From a virus: DNA of 64,000 bases. A program made the position numbers and the translations under genes. Where the stretch lies: IMG/VR virus record IMGVR_UViG_3300024346_009227, positions 32,001 through 96,000 of that record; one strand, 5' to 3'. This document shows positions 1-9,581 of the stretch, piece by piece. The notes beneath the pieces were generated by a model. That model saw only the letters and a list, made by a program, of their open reading frames with translations, was not told the DNA's origin and ran no database searches. Within the stretch, counting starts at the first letter, position 1. Each line of letters begins with the position of its first letter.

Positions 1-638
1 CAGAGCAATATTTTGATATAGAAATTGAAGAATCTTGGGCTAAATACGAATACTATTTAGACGATGGTACTGTTATGTCTGGAAATCTTAGAATCAAAGG
101 AACAATGGACTTAATAACCAGAGTAGACAAAAAAACAATAGAGTACATAGACTGGAAAACAGGAGAAAGAAAAAACTGGGCAACTGGAAAAGAAAAAAAC
201 TACGATGATTTTTATAAAGACTTTCAATTAAGGCTTTATCATTATGCATTAAATAAACTTTATCCAGATGAAGAAAATATAATTATTACTATTTTTTTTA
301 ATAAGGCTGGTGGTCCTTTTACATTATGTTTTCATAAAGATGATGTTAAAACAACAATTGAAATGATTAGATATGAATTTGAAAAAATAAAGTCTTGTCA
401 TTTCCCATCAAGAATTATAGACTATGGAAAGGATAAGTGGAAGTGTGAGAAGCTTTGTAGATTTTATAAAGAAAAATACGAAGACACAGAAAAATCAATA
501 TGTGACTTTATGAATAAAGAACTTATACAATTGGGCATGAATGTTGCGTATACTAAATATGCCAATAAAAAAACAGTTGTATCTTATGGCGATGGTGGTG
601 GTCAATCTAATAGGGAGAATAATGATGTCAAAAAGTAA
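1..638 (+). CDS. PD-(D/E)XK nuclease (Cas4/AddB-like), 5'-truncated by the window edge
   Basis: The frame is open from position 3 (EQYFDIEIE...). It contains GTMDLI..IEYIDWKTG, QLRLYHYAL and a C-terminal Cys cluster (WKCEKLCRF...C). Confidence 0.8.
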   Translation, partial: EQYFDIEIEESWAKYEYYLDDGTVMSGNLRIKGTMDLITRVDKKTIEYIDWKTGERKNWATGKEKNYDDFYKDFQLRLYHYALNKLYPDEENIIITIFFNKAGGPFTLCFHKDDVKTTIEMIRYEFEKIKSCHFPSRIIDYGKDKWKCEKLCRFYKEKYEDTEKSICDFMNKELIQLGMNVAYTKYANKKTVVSYGDGGGQSNRENNDVKK

Positions 639-1377
639 AAAGTGGATAATGGATCTTTTTGAAAAACAAGCTTCTACTACAGAAGATCCAACTCTTACTT
701 CTACAAATGAAGATTGTCCAAACTTTTCTGATGAAGAAACAGATACCTGTTTAAAAACATCAGAATATATACCAAAATACAATGGTGAAAAGGTTCTTGT
801 TTTCAAAAAAGAATTATTAACTCAAGACTTTTCATTTCAAGGCATGTTGACTGGAGAAAAAGCTTCTTTTATTAAAAATAAAATTCTTACTCCAGAAAAT
901 TTGTTTTATATAGATAGAGATACAGCAGAAAACGACTTGAATTATAAACAAGTAATTCCATATTGCGTTTTTACAAAAAACGATCAATTATTTATTTATC
1001 AAAGATCAAAGCATGGTTCTGAAAATAGACTACATGATCTATGGTCTGTAGGTGTTGGTGGTCATGTTAATCCTTGCGATGGAAATAACATTGAAACAAT
1101 AGGAAATGCTTGTAAAAGAGAAATAGAAGAAGAGGTTCAATTTTCAGATCCTCATTCTGTAAGATTAGTTGGTGTTATAAATGATGATTCATCTACAGTT
1201 AATGCTGTTCATTTTGGCGTTGTTTTTCATGTTCACTTAAAAGATGGAACTCCATTTAATACAATTGATAAAGCTCTTGCAAATGGTGGTTTTAAACATA
1301 AAAAAACAACAGTAATATCAGATGTAAATTGGGAAGATTGGTCAGTACATGTAATTAGGAACTACTTAAGAAATTAA
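622..1377 (+). CDS. NUDIX-family phosphoesterase (COG4112-like)
   Basis: Motifs YKQVIPY, SVGVGGHVN, ACKREIEEEV and GVINDD..VNAVHFG. Start placed at ATG 622, behind a GGGAG Shine-Dalgarno (SD), rather than at 541. Confidence 0.85.
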   Translation: MMSKSKKWIMDLFEKQASTTEDPTLTSTNEDCPNFSDEETDTCLKTSEYIPKYNGEKVLVFKKELLTQDFSFQGMLTGEKASFIKNKILTPENLFYIDRDTAENDLNYKQVIPYCVFTKNDQLFIYQRSKHGSENRLHDLWSVGVGGHVNPCDGNNIETIGNACKREIEEEVQFSDPHSVRLVGVINDDSSTVNAVHFGVVFHVHLKDGTPFNTIDKALANGGFKHKKTTVISDVNWEDWSVHVIRNYLRN

Positions 1378-1405
1378 TTAATTGAAAAAAATTTAAGGAT
1401 TGAAT

Positions 1406-3322
1406 ATGAATTGGATACCATTGCATTGTCATACCCATTATAGCTTATTGGATGGATTAAGTAAGCCAGATCTTTTAGCAAAAAGATGCAAAGAACTTGG
1501 ATATACTTCATGTGCCATAACTGATCATGGAACTATATCTGGTGCTATTTCTTTTTCTAAAGCTTGTATTTCACAAGGTATAAAACCAATCATTGGTTGT
1601 GAATTTTATATTTGTGCAAATCCAGCAACAGAACATAATAAAGAAAACTCAAGTTTAACTCATCTGTGTGTCATTGCTAAAAATCTAAATGGCTGGAAAA
1701 ACTTAATTAATTTGTCTTCTTTAGCTAATTCGTTAGATTATTTTTATTACAAACCAAGATTAAACTTAAATGACTTCAAAGGACTTTGCAGTGATTTAAT
1801 TGCATTTTCTGGTCATCCAGGAACAGATTTGGCTAATTCTTTATTTGAAGATCATAAAGAGGCTTACAAAAGAACTGATTATGATGAAATAAAAGAAATG
1901 CTTAAACCCAACTGGCTAAATGAAGCTGGAAATATTTGTGCAAAATACATTGAGATATTTGGGGCAGATAATTTTTTTGTAGAAATACAATTATTTGATA
2001 GCTCTAACTTAGTTGCATCAAAGGTTATTGCTGAATGCCTAAGAGAACTTTGTGCAAAAACTGGTATTAAAAAAATAGCAACTCCAGATGTTCATTATGT
2101 TATGCCAGAAGATGCTCCTGATCAAAGGGTTTTATTGTGTTCTTCAATGGAAACAACCCTTAAGAATGTAAATAGCAAATTAGAAAACAACGAAGAATTT
2201 GGCCTTTCTGTATTTTTTAAATCAAATAAATACTATCTTCCAACAATTGAAGAAATATCTAGCTTCCACGAAGAAGATGAAATAAACAATTGTTGCTTAA
2301 TTGATAGCTTGTGTGAAAATTATTCACTTATAAAACAACCAGCCATACCAAACTTTGCTTGTCCAGATGGTCTTTCTCAGATCCTTTATTTGAGGAAGTT
2401 ATGCAGAGATGGGTGGAATAGGCGTTTCTCTGCAATAAAGCCAAAAACAGATGAATATAAGGTATACACAGAGAGAATAAAGCACGAACTTGAAGTTATA
2501 GATACTTCTGGTTTGGCTGGATACTTTTTAATTGTGCAAGACTATTGCAATTGGGCAAAGTCTAAGGGTTGGATTATGGGTAGAGGTAGAGGTTCTGGTG
2601 CTGGCTGCATGATATCTTACCTCTTGGGTATAACAGAAGTAGACCCCATTAAACATTCTCTTATATTTGAAAGATTCTATAACGCAGGAAGAAACTCTGC
2701 TGGCCGTATAAGTTTGCCAGATATTGACTGTGACTTTCCAATTACAAAGCGTGATAAGGTAATAGAATATATAAAGCAAAAGTATGGGAGCAGCAATGTT
2801 TGTCAAATGATAACATTTAGTCGTATGCAGGGGCGTGGATCATTAAAAGATGTTCTTAGAGTTCATGGGTTTTCCTTTGAAGAAAGTAATAATGTAACAA
2901 AGTATATTCCAGACGAATCAGAGATATCTGAACAGTTACAAGATATGAAAGATGAAGATGGAGATTCTTCAATAATAAGGTGGGCGTTAGAGAATATTCC
3001 TGATAGATTATCTGAGTATTGTAGGATTGAAAAGGATGGTACTTACTCTGGAAGATTAGCAAAGGAATTTGCACAAGCAATAAGATTAGAAGGAACAAAA
3101 AGAAGTCAGGGTAAACATGCTGCCGGTATAGTTATTAGCAACATTCCATTATCAGAAGTTTGTCCAATGACATTTGATAAAAAGACAAAGCAGATGATAG
3201 CTGGCATGGAAATGTCAGACTTAGAATCAATCGGAATGGTTAAGTTTGATATACTTGGAGTTGCAGTTTTAGACAAAATAATGGGTTGTATAAATATTTT
3301 AAAGGGTAAACCAAATGAATGA
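1406..3322 (+). CDS. dnaE: DNA polymerase III alpha, N-terminal half (PHP + palm/thumb)
   Basis: PHP motifs HCHTHYSLLDG, TDHG, GCE and DVHY. Polymerase motifs GRGSGAG, FERFYN, PDIDCDF, GKHAAG and KFDILG. The ORF stops shortly after KFDILG. Confidence 0.95.
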   Translation: MNWIPLHCHTHYSLLDGLSKPDLLAKRCKELGYTSCAITDHGTISGAISFSKACISQGIKPIIGCEFYICANPATEHNKENSSLTHLCVIAKNLNGWKNLINLSSLANSLDYFYYKPRLNLNDFKGLCSDLIAFSGHPGTDLANSLFEDHKEAYKRTDYDEIKEMLKPNWLNEAGNICAKYIEIFGADNFFVEIQLFDSSNLVASKVIAECLRELCAKTGIKKIATPDVHYVMPEDAPDQRVLLCSSMETTLKNVNSKLENNEEFGLSVFFKSNKYYLPTIEEISSFHEEDEINNCCLIDSLCENYSLIKQPAIPNFACPDGLSQILYLRKLCRDGWNRRFSAIKPKTDEYKVYTERIKHELEVIDTSGLAGYFLIVQDYCNWAKSKGWIMGRGRGSGAGCMISYLLGITEVDPIKHSLIFERFYNAGRNSAGRISLPDIDCDFPITKRDKVIEYIKQKYGSSNVCQMITFSRMQGRGSLKDVLRVHGFSFEESNNVTKYIPDESEISEQLQDMKDEDGDSSIIRWALENIPDRLSEYCRIEKDGTYSGRLAKEFAQAIRLEGTKRSQGKHAAGIVISNIPLSEVCPMTFDKKTKQMIAGMEMSDLESIGMVKFDILGVAVLDKIMGCINILKGKPNE

Positions 3323-3593
3323 TAACTCTCTTGAAATATCTATAATAAGTAAGTTAGTAGTTCAACAAACAGCCTTGTTAGATGCTTTGTCTGATTGTTC
3401 TTCATTAAAGAAAGATCTTGTTAAACAGGCTAATAAACTATTAAAGGCAATAACAATTCAAAATGGAGGCATATTAATTATAGATAAGGATTTTTTAGAT
3501 TCAGCAGAAGATGCAGAAGTTGAACTTAAAATACAGCAAAATGATGATGGATCAATAGAATTAACTATTAAAGGAGAAGAAGATGAAGAGTAA
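3315..3593 (+). CDS. Small acidic hypothetical protein between the dnaE halves
   Basis: 92-aa ORF overlapping both neighbours, consistent with translational coupling. Confidence 0.7.
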   Translation: MNDNSLEISIISKLVVQQTALLDALSDCSSLKKDLVKQANKLLKAITIQNGGILIIDKDFLDSAEDAEVELKIQQNDDGSIELTIKGEEDEE

Positions 3594-4221
3594 TACGATT
3601 ATTGTTTTTGATTTTGAAACAGGATCTTTAGATACAAATACTTGTGAAGTTATTCAAATTGCTGCAAAGGCAATAAATAGAAAAACTCTTCAACCAATAG
3701 AGGGTGCAGTTTTTAACAGTCTTGTAAAACCTAGAGACTTTGGAAATTTGCAAGAAGCAGCACTAGCAGTAAACAAAAAGACAAGAGAAGAACTTCAGCT
3801 TGCACCTAATCTTGATGTTGTTTGGAGTAGGTTTATTGATTTTATATCTACTTTTGCAGTTGGTAAAAGCAATATATTAGCCCCTGTTCCAGCAGGAAAA
3901 AACATCAGATTTTTTGACATGCCAATCTTTCAAAGGGTTTGTGTTGAATTAGGATATGTTCAACCAAATGCCACACAATCTTTCTTCAATAAAAGAAGCA
4001 TGTTTGATTTAGATGAAATGATGTTGCTTTGGTTTGAAAATTCAGATGATATGCCTAATATGAAAATGGATACTATTAGAGATCATTTTGGAATGTCGAA
4101 GGCTAATGCTCATGATGCACTAGTTGATGTTGAGCAAACAGCAGACTTAATCACATACTTCTTAAAACTACATAGATCAATATACCCAAAGGTTAAATTT
4201 AAAGACTCATTTAAGAAATAA
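3583..4221 (+). CDS. DEDDh 3'-5' exonuclease (DnaQ/epsilon-like)
   Basis: ExoI VFDFETG, ExoII GKNIRFFD, ExoIII AHDALVD. Confidence 0.9.
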   Translation: MKSNTIIVFDFETGSLDTNTCEVIQIAAKAINRKTLQPIEGAVFNSLVKPRDFGNLQEAALAVNKKTREELQLAPNLDVVWSRFIDFISTFAVGKSNILAPVPAGKNIRFFDMPIFQRVCVELGYVQPNATQSFFNKRSMFDLDEMMLLWFENSDDMPNMKMDTIRDHFGMSKANAHDALVDVEQTADLITYFLKLHRSIYPKVKFKDSFKK

Positions 4222-4225
4222 TAAT

Positions 4226-5851
4226 ATGACAAAAACATACAAATTTTCATGCGGTTGTAGTTTTCCAATAATTGGAGATCCTTTAAGCAAAGATTCTTTG
4301 CCTCTAATGGAAGTAGATCCAACCAATCTTCCTTCTTGCGATATTGCTTGGGATATATTTTCTAGGGGCGATACAAAAGGAATTTTTCAGTTAGAATCAG
4401 ATCTTGGAAAACAATGGTCTAAGAAACTAAGACCAAAAACTGTTGATCATTTAACTGCTTTAGGTGCTCTTATCAGGCCAGGAGCTTTGCGTTCTGTGGA
4501 TGATAAGGGCGTTAGTATGACCGCACATTATTGTCGTATTGTAAATGGTGAGGAACAGGTTTCATCCTATCATCCTATTGTTGATGAAGCACTCAAATCA
4601 ACTTATGGATCACTTGTTTTTCAAGAACAGGCAATGGAACTTTCTAGGGTTATCGCTGGATTTACTTTGCAAGAGGCAGATATGCTTCGTAAAGCAATGG
4701 GAAAGAAATCATCTAGTGAAATGGCAAAATGTAAGAAGATGTTTATTGAAGGTGCTAAAAAAATAGAAGTTGTTTCAGAAGATCAAGCCGAAGAAATATT
4801 TGGATGGATCGAACAGAGTCAAAAATATTCCTTCAATCGCAGTCACAGTTGTTGTTACGGCTTAATTGGATATGATACGGCATATTTAAAAAGTCACTTT
4901 CCAGTTCAATTCTTTACTAGCTGGCTTTATTTTGCTAAGGACAAGGCAGATAGTCAGCTTGAAATATCTGACTTAATTGAAGATGCAAAAAAATTTAATA
5001 TAGCTGTTCACTCTCCAGACATAATGATGTTAAATAGCAATTTTTACACTGACGGAATATCAATTTGGTTTGGTATTACTGATGTAAAAGGAATTGGACA
5101 ATCACAATTTGAAAAAATTAAACTAGCTATAAATAATTATGGCAAAAGTATAGATTCTTGGGAAGAATTTGTTGTTAAATGTTCTGATGAAATGCCAAAA
5201 TCAAGTATTGAAAAACTAATTGCCGTTAACGCTCTAAGAAAATTTGGCAACAAAAGAAAGGTTCTTCTTGCTGAATTTAATGCTTGGTCTGAATTAACAG
5301 ACAAGGAAAAGGAATGGATAAAAGCCAATGTTGAAATTACTAATATACCAGATATGATTTTAAACTCAGCAAAGACAAAAAAAGAAGGTGGTTGTTGTTC
5401 TTCAGTCAAAAGAGTTGAGGTTTTAAAAAGCATAGCCTCTATGATTAAAAATCCTCCTTCTCCTTTGATAGATATTCCAAGTTGGGTGTGTTGGATTGAA
5501 AAGGATTCTTTAGGAATTTCTTTAACATATAATGCTACAGACTCTTGCGATACAAGTAGTTCTAACACTACATGCAAAGAATACTTAGATGGAAAGAATG
5601 GCTATATGGTCTTTGGTGTTGAAGTAAGAAGGTCTAAAGAAGTGCTTACAAAGGCTGGAAAAACACCAGGATCTAGAATGGCATTTTTATCAATATCTGA
5701 TGCTACTGGCAAAATAGATGATGTTATCTGTTTTCCAAACTCGTACAAAGATTTTGCTTCTTTGTTAAAAGAGGGTAATACAGTCTTGATTCAAGGTGAA
5801 CGAGACAAAAAAAGTGACACTCTTTTAGTTAAAACTGTTGTTCAAATTTAG
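4226..5851 (+). CDS. dnaE: DNA polymerase III alpha, C-terminal half (fingers, HhH, OB fold)
   Basis: GIFQLES, ALIRPG, FQEQAM, ADMLRKAMGKK, YSFNRSHS, YLKSHFP, HhH GITDVKGIG and OB-fold MAFLSISDATG. Confidence 0.93.
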   Translation: MTKTYKFSCGCSFPIIGDPLSKDSLPLMEVDPTNLPSCDIAWDIFSRGDTKGIFQLESDLGKQWSKKLRPKTVDHLTALGALIRPGALRSVDDKGVSMTAHYCRIVNGEEQVSSYHPIVDEALKSTYGSLVFQEQAMELSRVIAGFTLQEADMLRKAMGKKSSSEMAKCKKMFIEGAKKIEVVSEDQAEEIFGWIEQSQKYSFNRSHSCCYGLIGYDTAYLKSHFPVQFFTSWLYFAKDKADSQLEISDLIEDAKKFNIAVHSPDIMMLNSNFYTDGISIWFGITDVKGIGQSQFEKIKLAINNYGKSIDSWEEFVVKCSDEMPKSSIEKLIAVNALRKFGNKRKVLLAEFNAWSELTDKEKEWIKANVEITNIPDMILNSAKTKKEGGCCSSVKRVEVLKSIASMIKNPPSPLIDIPSWVCWIEKDSLGISLTYNATDSCDTSSSNTTCKEYLDGKNGYMVFGVEVRRSKEVLTKAGKTPGSRMAFLSISDATGKIDDVICFPNSYKDFASLLKEGNTVLIQGERDKKSDTLLVKTVVQI

Positions 5852-5860
5852 GAGATAGAA

Positions 5861-6247
5861 ATGAATATTTGTTCTTTCCTTGGCAAGCTAACTAGAGAAC
5901 CAGAACTTATAAAATTAAACAACGGAAAATCTGTTGTTAACTTTTGTATTTCGGTTAGAAATCCATCTAAAAATCAAGAAAAACCAGAAATGACTTTTAT
6001 TGATTGTGTTGCTTGGGAAAAAACTGCTGACTTGATAGGGAAGTATTTTAAAAAAGGCTCTAGAATTTTAGTGCATACTTCTGCTAAAACAGAAAGTTGG
6101 GTAGATAAAGAAAATGGTAAAAACAGACATAAAATAAAATTTATAGTTCAAAAATTTTGGTATGTAGATCAGAAATCAAGTGATGAAGAAGAACAACAAA
6201 CAGAAGTATTTGCAGAAGAAGAAGATTTCGGCAATCAAATACTGTAG
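5861..6247 (+). CDS. ssb: Single-stranded DNA-binding protein
   Basis: LGKLTREPEL, FIDCVAWEKTA, YFKKGSRI and an acidic tail. AGGAG SD. Confidence 0.92.
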   Translation: MNICSFLGKLTREPELIKLNNGKSVVNFCISVRNPSKNQEKPEMTFIDCVAWEKTADLIGKYFKKGSRILVHTSAKTESWVDKENGKNRHKIKFIVQKFWYVDQKSSDEEEQQTEVFAEEEDFGNQIL

Positions 6248-6255
6248 GAATTAAA

Positions 6256-7755
6256 ATGTCAAAAAAACGAATACTCCTGTGTGGTGAAGCAACATTTATA
6301 AATTCTGGATATGCCAACTATGGTTGTCAGATTATGAATAGACTTTATCAAACAGGAGAATTTGAATTAGCAGAAATAGCTTCTTTTGGCAAAGAAAATT
6401 CATCAACTCAAAAACCACCTTGGAAAATATATTATCCAGAAGAAAATAAAGGTAATGGAAGATTTGGATCTTCAATTTTTGAAGATGTTCTTTTGCAATT
6501 TAAGCCAGATATAGTTTGGTCTTTTAGAGATCCTTGGGTTGATGATTTTATTGGAGATTCACCTTATAAAAGACATTTTCATTGGGCTTATATGCCAACC
6601 ATTGATTCTATTCCGTTAGATCCAGAATGGATATATACCTTAACTAAGGCAGACTCTATTTTTACATATTCAGATTGGGCATTAGATGTACTAAAAGAAA
6701 ATTATCCAAATTTAAATTTAATTTCTTCTGCTTCTCCAGCAGCAGATAAAGTATTTACTATGATTAAAGATAAAAAAGAATTTAAAAAGTCTCATGGCTT
6801 AGATCCAGATTCTTTAATAATTGGTTCTGTTATGAGAAATCAAAAAAGAAAGCTGATTCCAGATCTTTTTGATGCATTTGAAATGTTATTAGATCAAGCA
6901 CCAAAAGAAATATCTTCAAAATTAATTTTATATTTACACACTACTTATCCAGATGTTGGTTGGGATATACCAAAACTGATAGCAGAAAGACCAAAAATAT
7001 CAAAAAAACTATTTTTTACCTATAGTTGCAGGGGTTGTTTTAACATATCAATATCTAATTTTAATGGTGCAATTATAGAATGCAATTATTGCAAAAAAAC
7101 ATCTTCTTTGTTTCCCAACACAAGTTCTGGTGCAAAAAGAGACTCTATGGCAATGGTGTATAATCTAATGGATCTATATGTTCAATATTCTTGTGCAGAA
7201 GGATTTGGAATGCCATTAGTTGAAGCAGCTTCTTGTGGAGTGCCTATTTCTGCTACAGACTATAGTGCCATGTGCGATATAGTTAGAAAACTCGATGGTT
7301 TTCCAATAAAAGTACAAAGAATGCATTATGAAGTTGAAACACATAGAAAATTTGCACTTCCAGACAATCAAAATTTTGTAGATATTTGTATTAAATATTT
7401 TAAACAGCCAGAATCAGTAAGAAAATTTAAATCTAATAAAACATTAAGTTTAGCAAAAGAAAAGTATAGCTATGATGCTGTATCAGAAAAATTAAAAAAT
7501 CACTTTTTATCTTTGCCAAGCTCTAGCACATGGAATGAACCCAAAAAATATATGGATATACCTCCAGAAATATCTTTTAATAATAATTCAGATTTTTTAA
7601 AACAATTGTTAAAATGTTTTAACGATGACTTTTCTCTTTTATTTTCAAAGTTTTTAAAGAGAATGAATTATAATATGTCTTCTAAGGAAGATGTATATAA
7701 AGAAGTGGAAAAAATAATATCTAAATACAATTACTACGAATCTATAAGGAACTAA
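6256..7755 (+). CDS. GT-B (GT4-like) glycosyltransferase with a Cys4 insertion
   Basis: SGYANYG, RNQKRKLIPDL and AEGFGMPLVEAASCGVP. Inserted CRGC...CNYC. Confidence 0.88.
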   Translation: MSKKRILLCGEATFINSGYANYGCQIMNRLYQTGEFELAEIASFGKENSSTQKPPWKIYYPEENKGNGRFGSSIFEDVLLQFKPDIVWSFRDPWVDDFIGDSPYKRHFHWAYMPTIDSIPLDPEWIYTLTKADSIFTYSDWALDVLKENYPNLNLISSASPAADKVFTMIKDKKEFKKSHGLDPDSLIIGSVMRNQKRKLIPDLFDAFEMLLDQAPKEISSKLILYLHTTYPDVGWDIPKLIAERPKISKKLFFTYSCRGCFNISISNFNGAIIECNYCKKTSSLFPNTSSGAKRDSMAMVYNLMDLYVQYSCAEGFGMPLVEAASCGVPISATDYSAMCDIVRKLDGFPIKVQRMHYEVETHRKFALPDNQNFVDICIKYFKQPESVRKFKSNKTLSLAKEKYSYDAVSEKLKNHFLSLPSSSTWNEPKKYMDIPPEISFNNNSDFLKQLLKCFNDDFSLLFSKFLKRMNYNMSSKEDVYKEVEKIISKYNYYESIRN

Positions 7756-7756
7756 A

Positions 7757-8896
7757 ATGAAAGTTCTTTACATAGGAAATTATAGAGATGGAACTGGTTA
7801 TGGTCAAGCTGCTGAGGATTATATATTATCTTTAGATTCAGTTGGCGTGAATGTTGTTTGTAGACCATTAAAATTTAACACATTAAATCATGTTCCACAC
7901 AAAAGAGTTCAAGAATTAGAAAAAAAACCATCGGATAATTGCAATGTTGTTATTCAGCACACACTTCCAATTCATATGCAGTATGATTCAAACTTTGATT
8001 TAAACATAGCACTTTTTGCTTATGAAACATCTTCATTTAGAATGTCTGGCTGGCAAAATCATTTAAATAACATGGATTGTTGTGTTGTTATAAATAATCA
8101 AATGATTGAATCATGCAGAGACAGTGGGGTAAAAGTTCCGATATATGTTGTTCCTCACGCTAGAGATTTTTCTATTTATACTGAAAAGTTTGAAAAGCTA
8201 AAACAAGTTGAAGACAATACACTTAAAAATGACTTTATCTTTTACACTATTGGAGAGCATAAAAGAAGAAAAAATTTATCAGCATTATTAAAAGCGTATT
8301 TTTTAGAGTTTTCGAGAGATGAAAATGTTTGCTTAATAGTAAAAACAAATCATGATAACAAAGAAGATTTTACTAAATACTGTAATTCTATTTCGTCTGG
8401 ACTTAATGTAAAAAGACCAGCTAGGGTATTTTGCATAAAAGAAAGATTATCAAATAACGCAATATACAAACTACATAATTCATGCGATGCTTTTGTACAA
8501 GCATCTTATGGTGAAGCTTGGAGTATACCAGCATTTGATGCAATGGGTTTTGGAAAGACACCTATTGTAACTAATTGCTCTGGATACAAAGACTATTTGA
8601 ATGACAATGTTGGTTGGATGGTTGATTGCCACAAGGAATTTGTTTTTGGTGAAGAAAGGATTTTTGATGGCATTTACGATGGTTCTGAATATTGGTGGTC
8701 AATTGATATTCATGATCTAAGAAGGAAGATGAGAGATTGTTATTCGATGGAGGACATCAGAAAATCTAAGGCTACTTCTGCTTTAGATCGTGCCTACGAA
8801 TTCTCCCACGAAAAAGTGGGGTTAAATTTTTTAAAGGTGATTAAACATGCCTCCAAAAAAGAAAAAACAAACTTGGGTAGACATTGCAAACTATAA
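7757..8896 (+). CDS. GT-B (GT4-like) glycosyltransferase
   Basis: TGYGQAA, RRKNLSALLKAY and SYGEAWSIPAFDAMGFGK. Confidence 0.88.
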   Translation: MKVLYIGNYRDGTGYGQAAEDYILSLDSVGVNVVCRPLKFNTLNHVPHKRVQELEKKPSDNCNVVIQHTLPIHMQYDSNFDLNIALFAYETSSFRMSGWQNHLNNMDCCVVINNQMIESCRDSGVKVPIYVVPHARDFSIYTEKFEKLKQVEDNTLKNDFIFYTIGEHKRRKNLSALLKAYFLEFSRDENVCLIVKTNHDNKEDFTKYCNSISSGLNVKRPARVFCIKERLSNNAIYKLHNSCDAFVQASYGEAWSIPAFDAMGFGKTPIVTNCSGYKDYLNDNVGWMVDCHKEFVFGEERIFDGIYDGSEYWWSIDIHDLRRKMRDCYSMEDIRKSKATSALDRAYEFSHEKVGLNFLKVIKHASKKEKTNLGRHCKL

Positions 8897-9581
8897 AGAA
8901 GAACCTACGGAGCTTTCTTGGAAGGAAGAAAGAGATAAGGCAGTTGAAGAAGAAAAAACGAATCAGATAAAAGGAAAAACAAAAAATCAAGATATCTATA
9001 TAGAGGCAATTGAAAAACACACGCTTACAATATGTTCTGGTCCTGCTGGTGCAGGAAAAACATTTATAGCATGTGGTGTTGCTGCTGGACTATTGATGCA
9101 GAAAAAAATAGAAAAAATTATTATAGCTAGACCATTAATTGAATGCGGACAAAAAATTGGTGCTTTTCCAGGCGATTTAAAAGAAAAAACCGAACCTTTT
9201 ATGGTTGCCATGCTTGAAGCAATTGGTAATTTTGTCACAAAAACAAAAATGAAAGCAATCAGAAATGATCAGATATTAGAAATATGTCCTCTTGAATTAA
9301 TGAGGGGCAGAACATTTAATGACTCTATGATTATTTTAGATGAGGCACAAAATGCCACAAGACGGCAATTGAAAATGTTTTTAACTAGGTTTGGCCAAAA
9401 TTCAAAAGTTGTTGTTTGTGGTGATCATACGCAAACAGATTTGCCTCACTATGAAGGAAATACTATGGAGTGGATTTTAGAAAAACTTAACCATAAAGAT
9501 ATTGCTAAAGTCTTCCTAACTGGTGATGATATACAAAGGCATGGTCTTATTAAATATATCGTTGAGCAGTTAGGGGAATAG
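8847..9581 (+). CDS. phoH: PhoH-family ATPase
   Basis: GPAGAGKT, MRGRTF, ILDEAQN, LTRFG, GDHTQTDL and DIQRH. Confidence 0.95.
   Translation: MPPKKKKQTWVDIANYKEEPTELSWKEERDKAVEEEKTNQIKGKTKNQDIYIEAIEKHTLTICSGPAGAGKTFIACGVAAGLLMQKKIEKIIIARPLIECGQKIGAFPGDLKEKTEPFMVAMLEAIGNFVTKTKMKAIRNDQILEICPLELMRGRTFNDSMIILDEAQNATRRQLKMFLTRFGQNSKVVVCGDHTQTDLPHYEGNTMEWILEKLNHKDIAKVFLTGDDIQRHGLIKYIVEQLGE

Noticed and set aside
541-621. N-terminal extension of the NUDIX ORF
   Set aside because: It overlaps the nuclease gene, and a good SD precedes ATG 622.
1-638. Cas4 as evidence of a CRISPR-Cas system
   Set aside because: Stand-alone Cas4-like PD-(D/E)XK nucleases are common in phage replication modules, and no array or other cas genes are visible.
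3250-4330. Split intein or self-splicing intron joining the dnaE halves
   Set aside because: There is no intein N-terminal block after KFDILG and no His-Asn/Cys junction at the start of the second half. The gap is fully occupied by two coupled ORFs, leaving no room for a structured intron.
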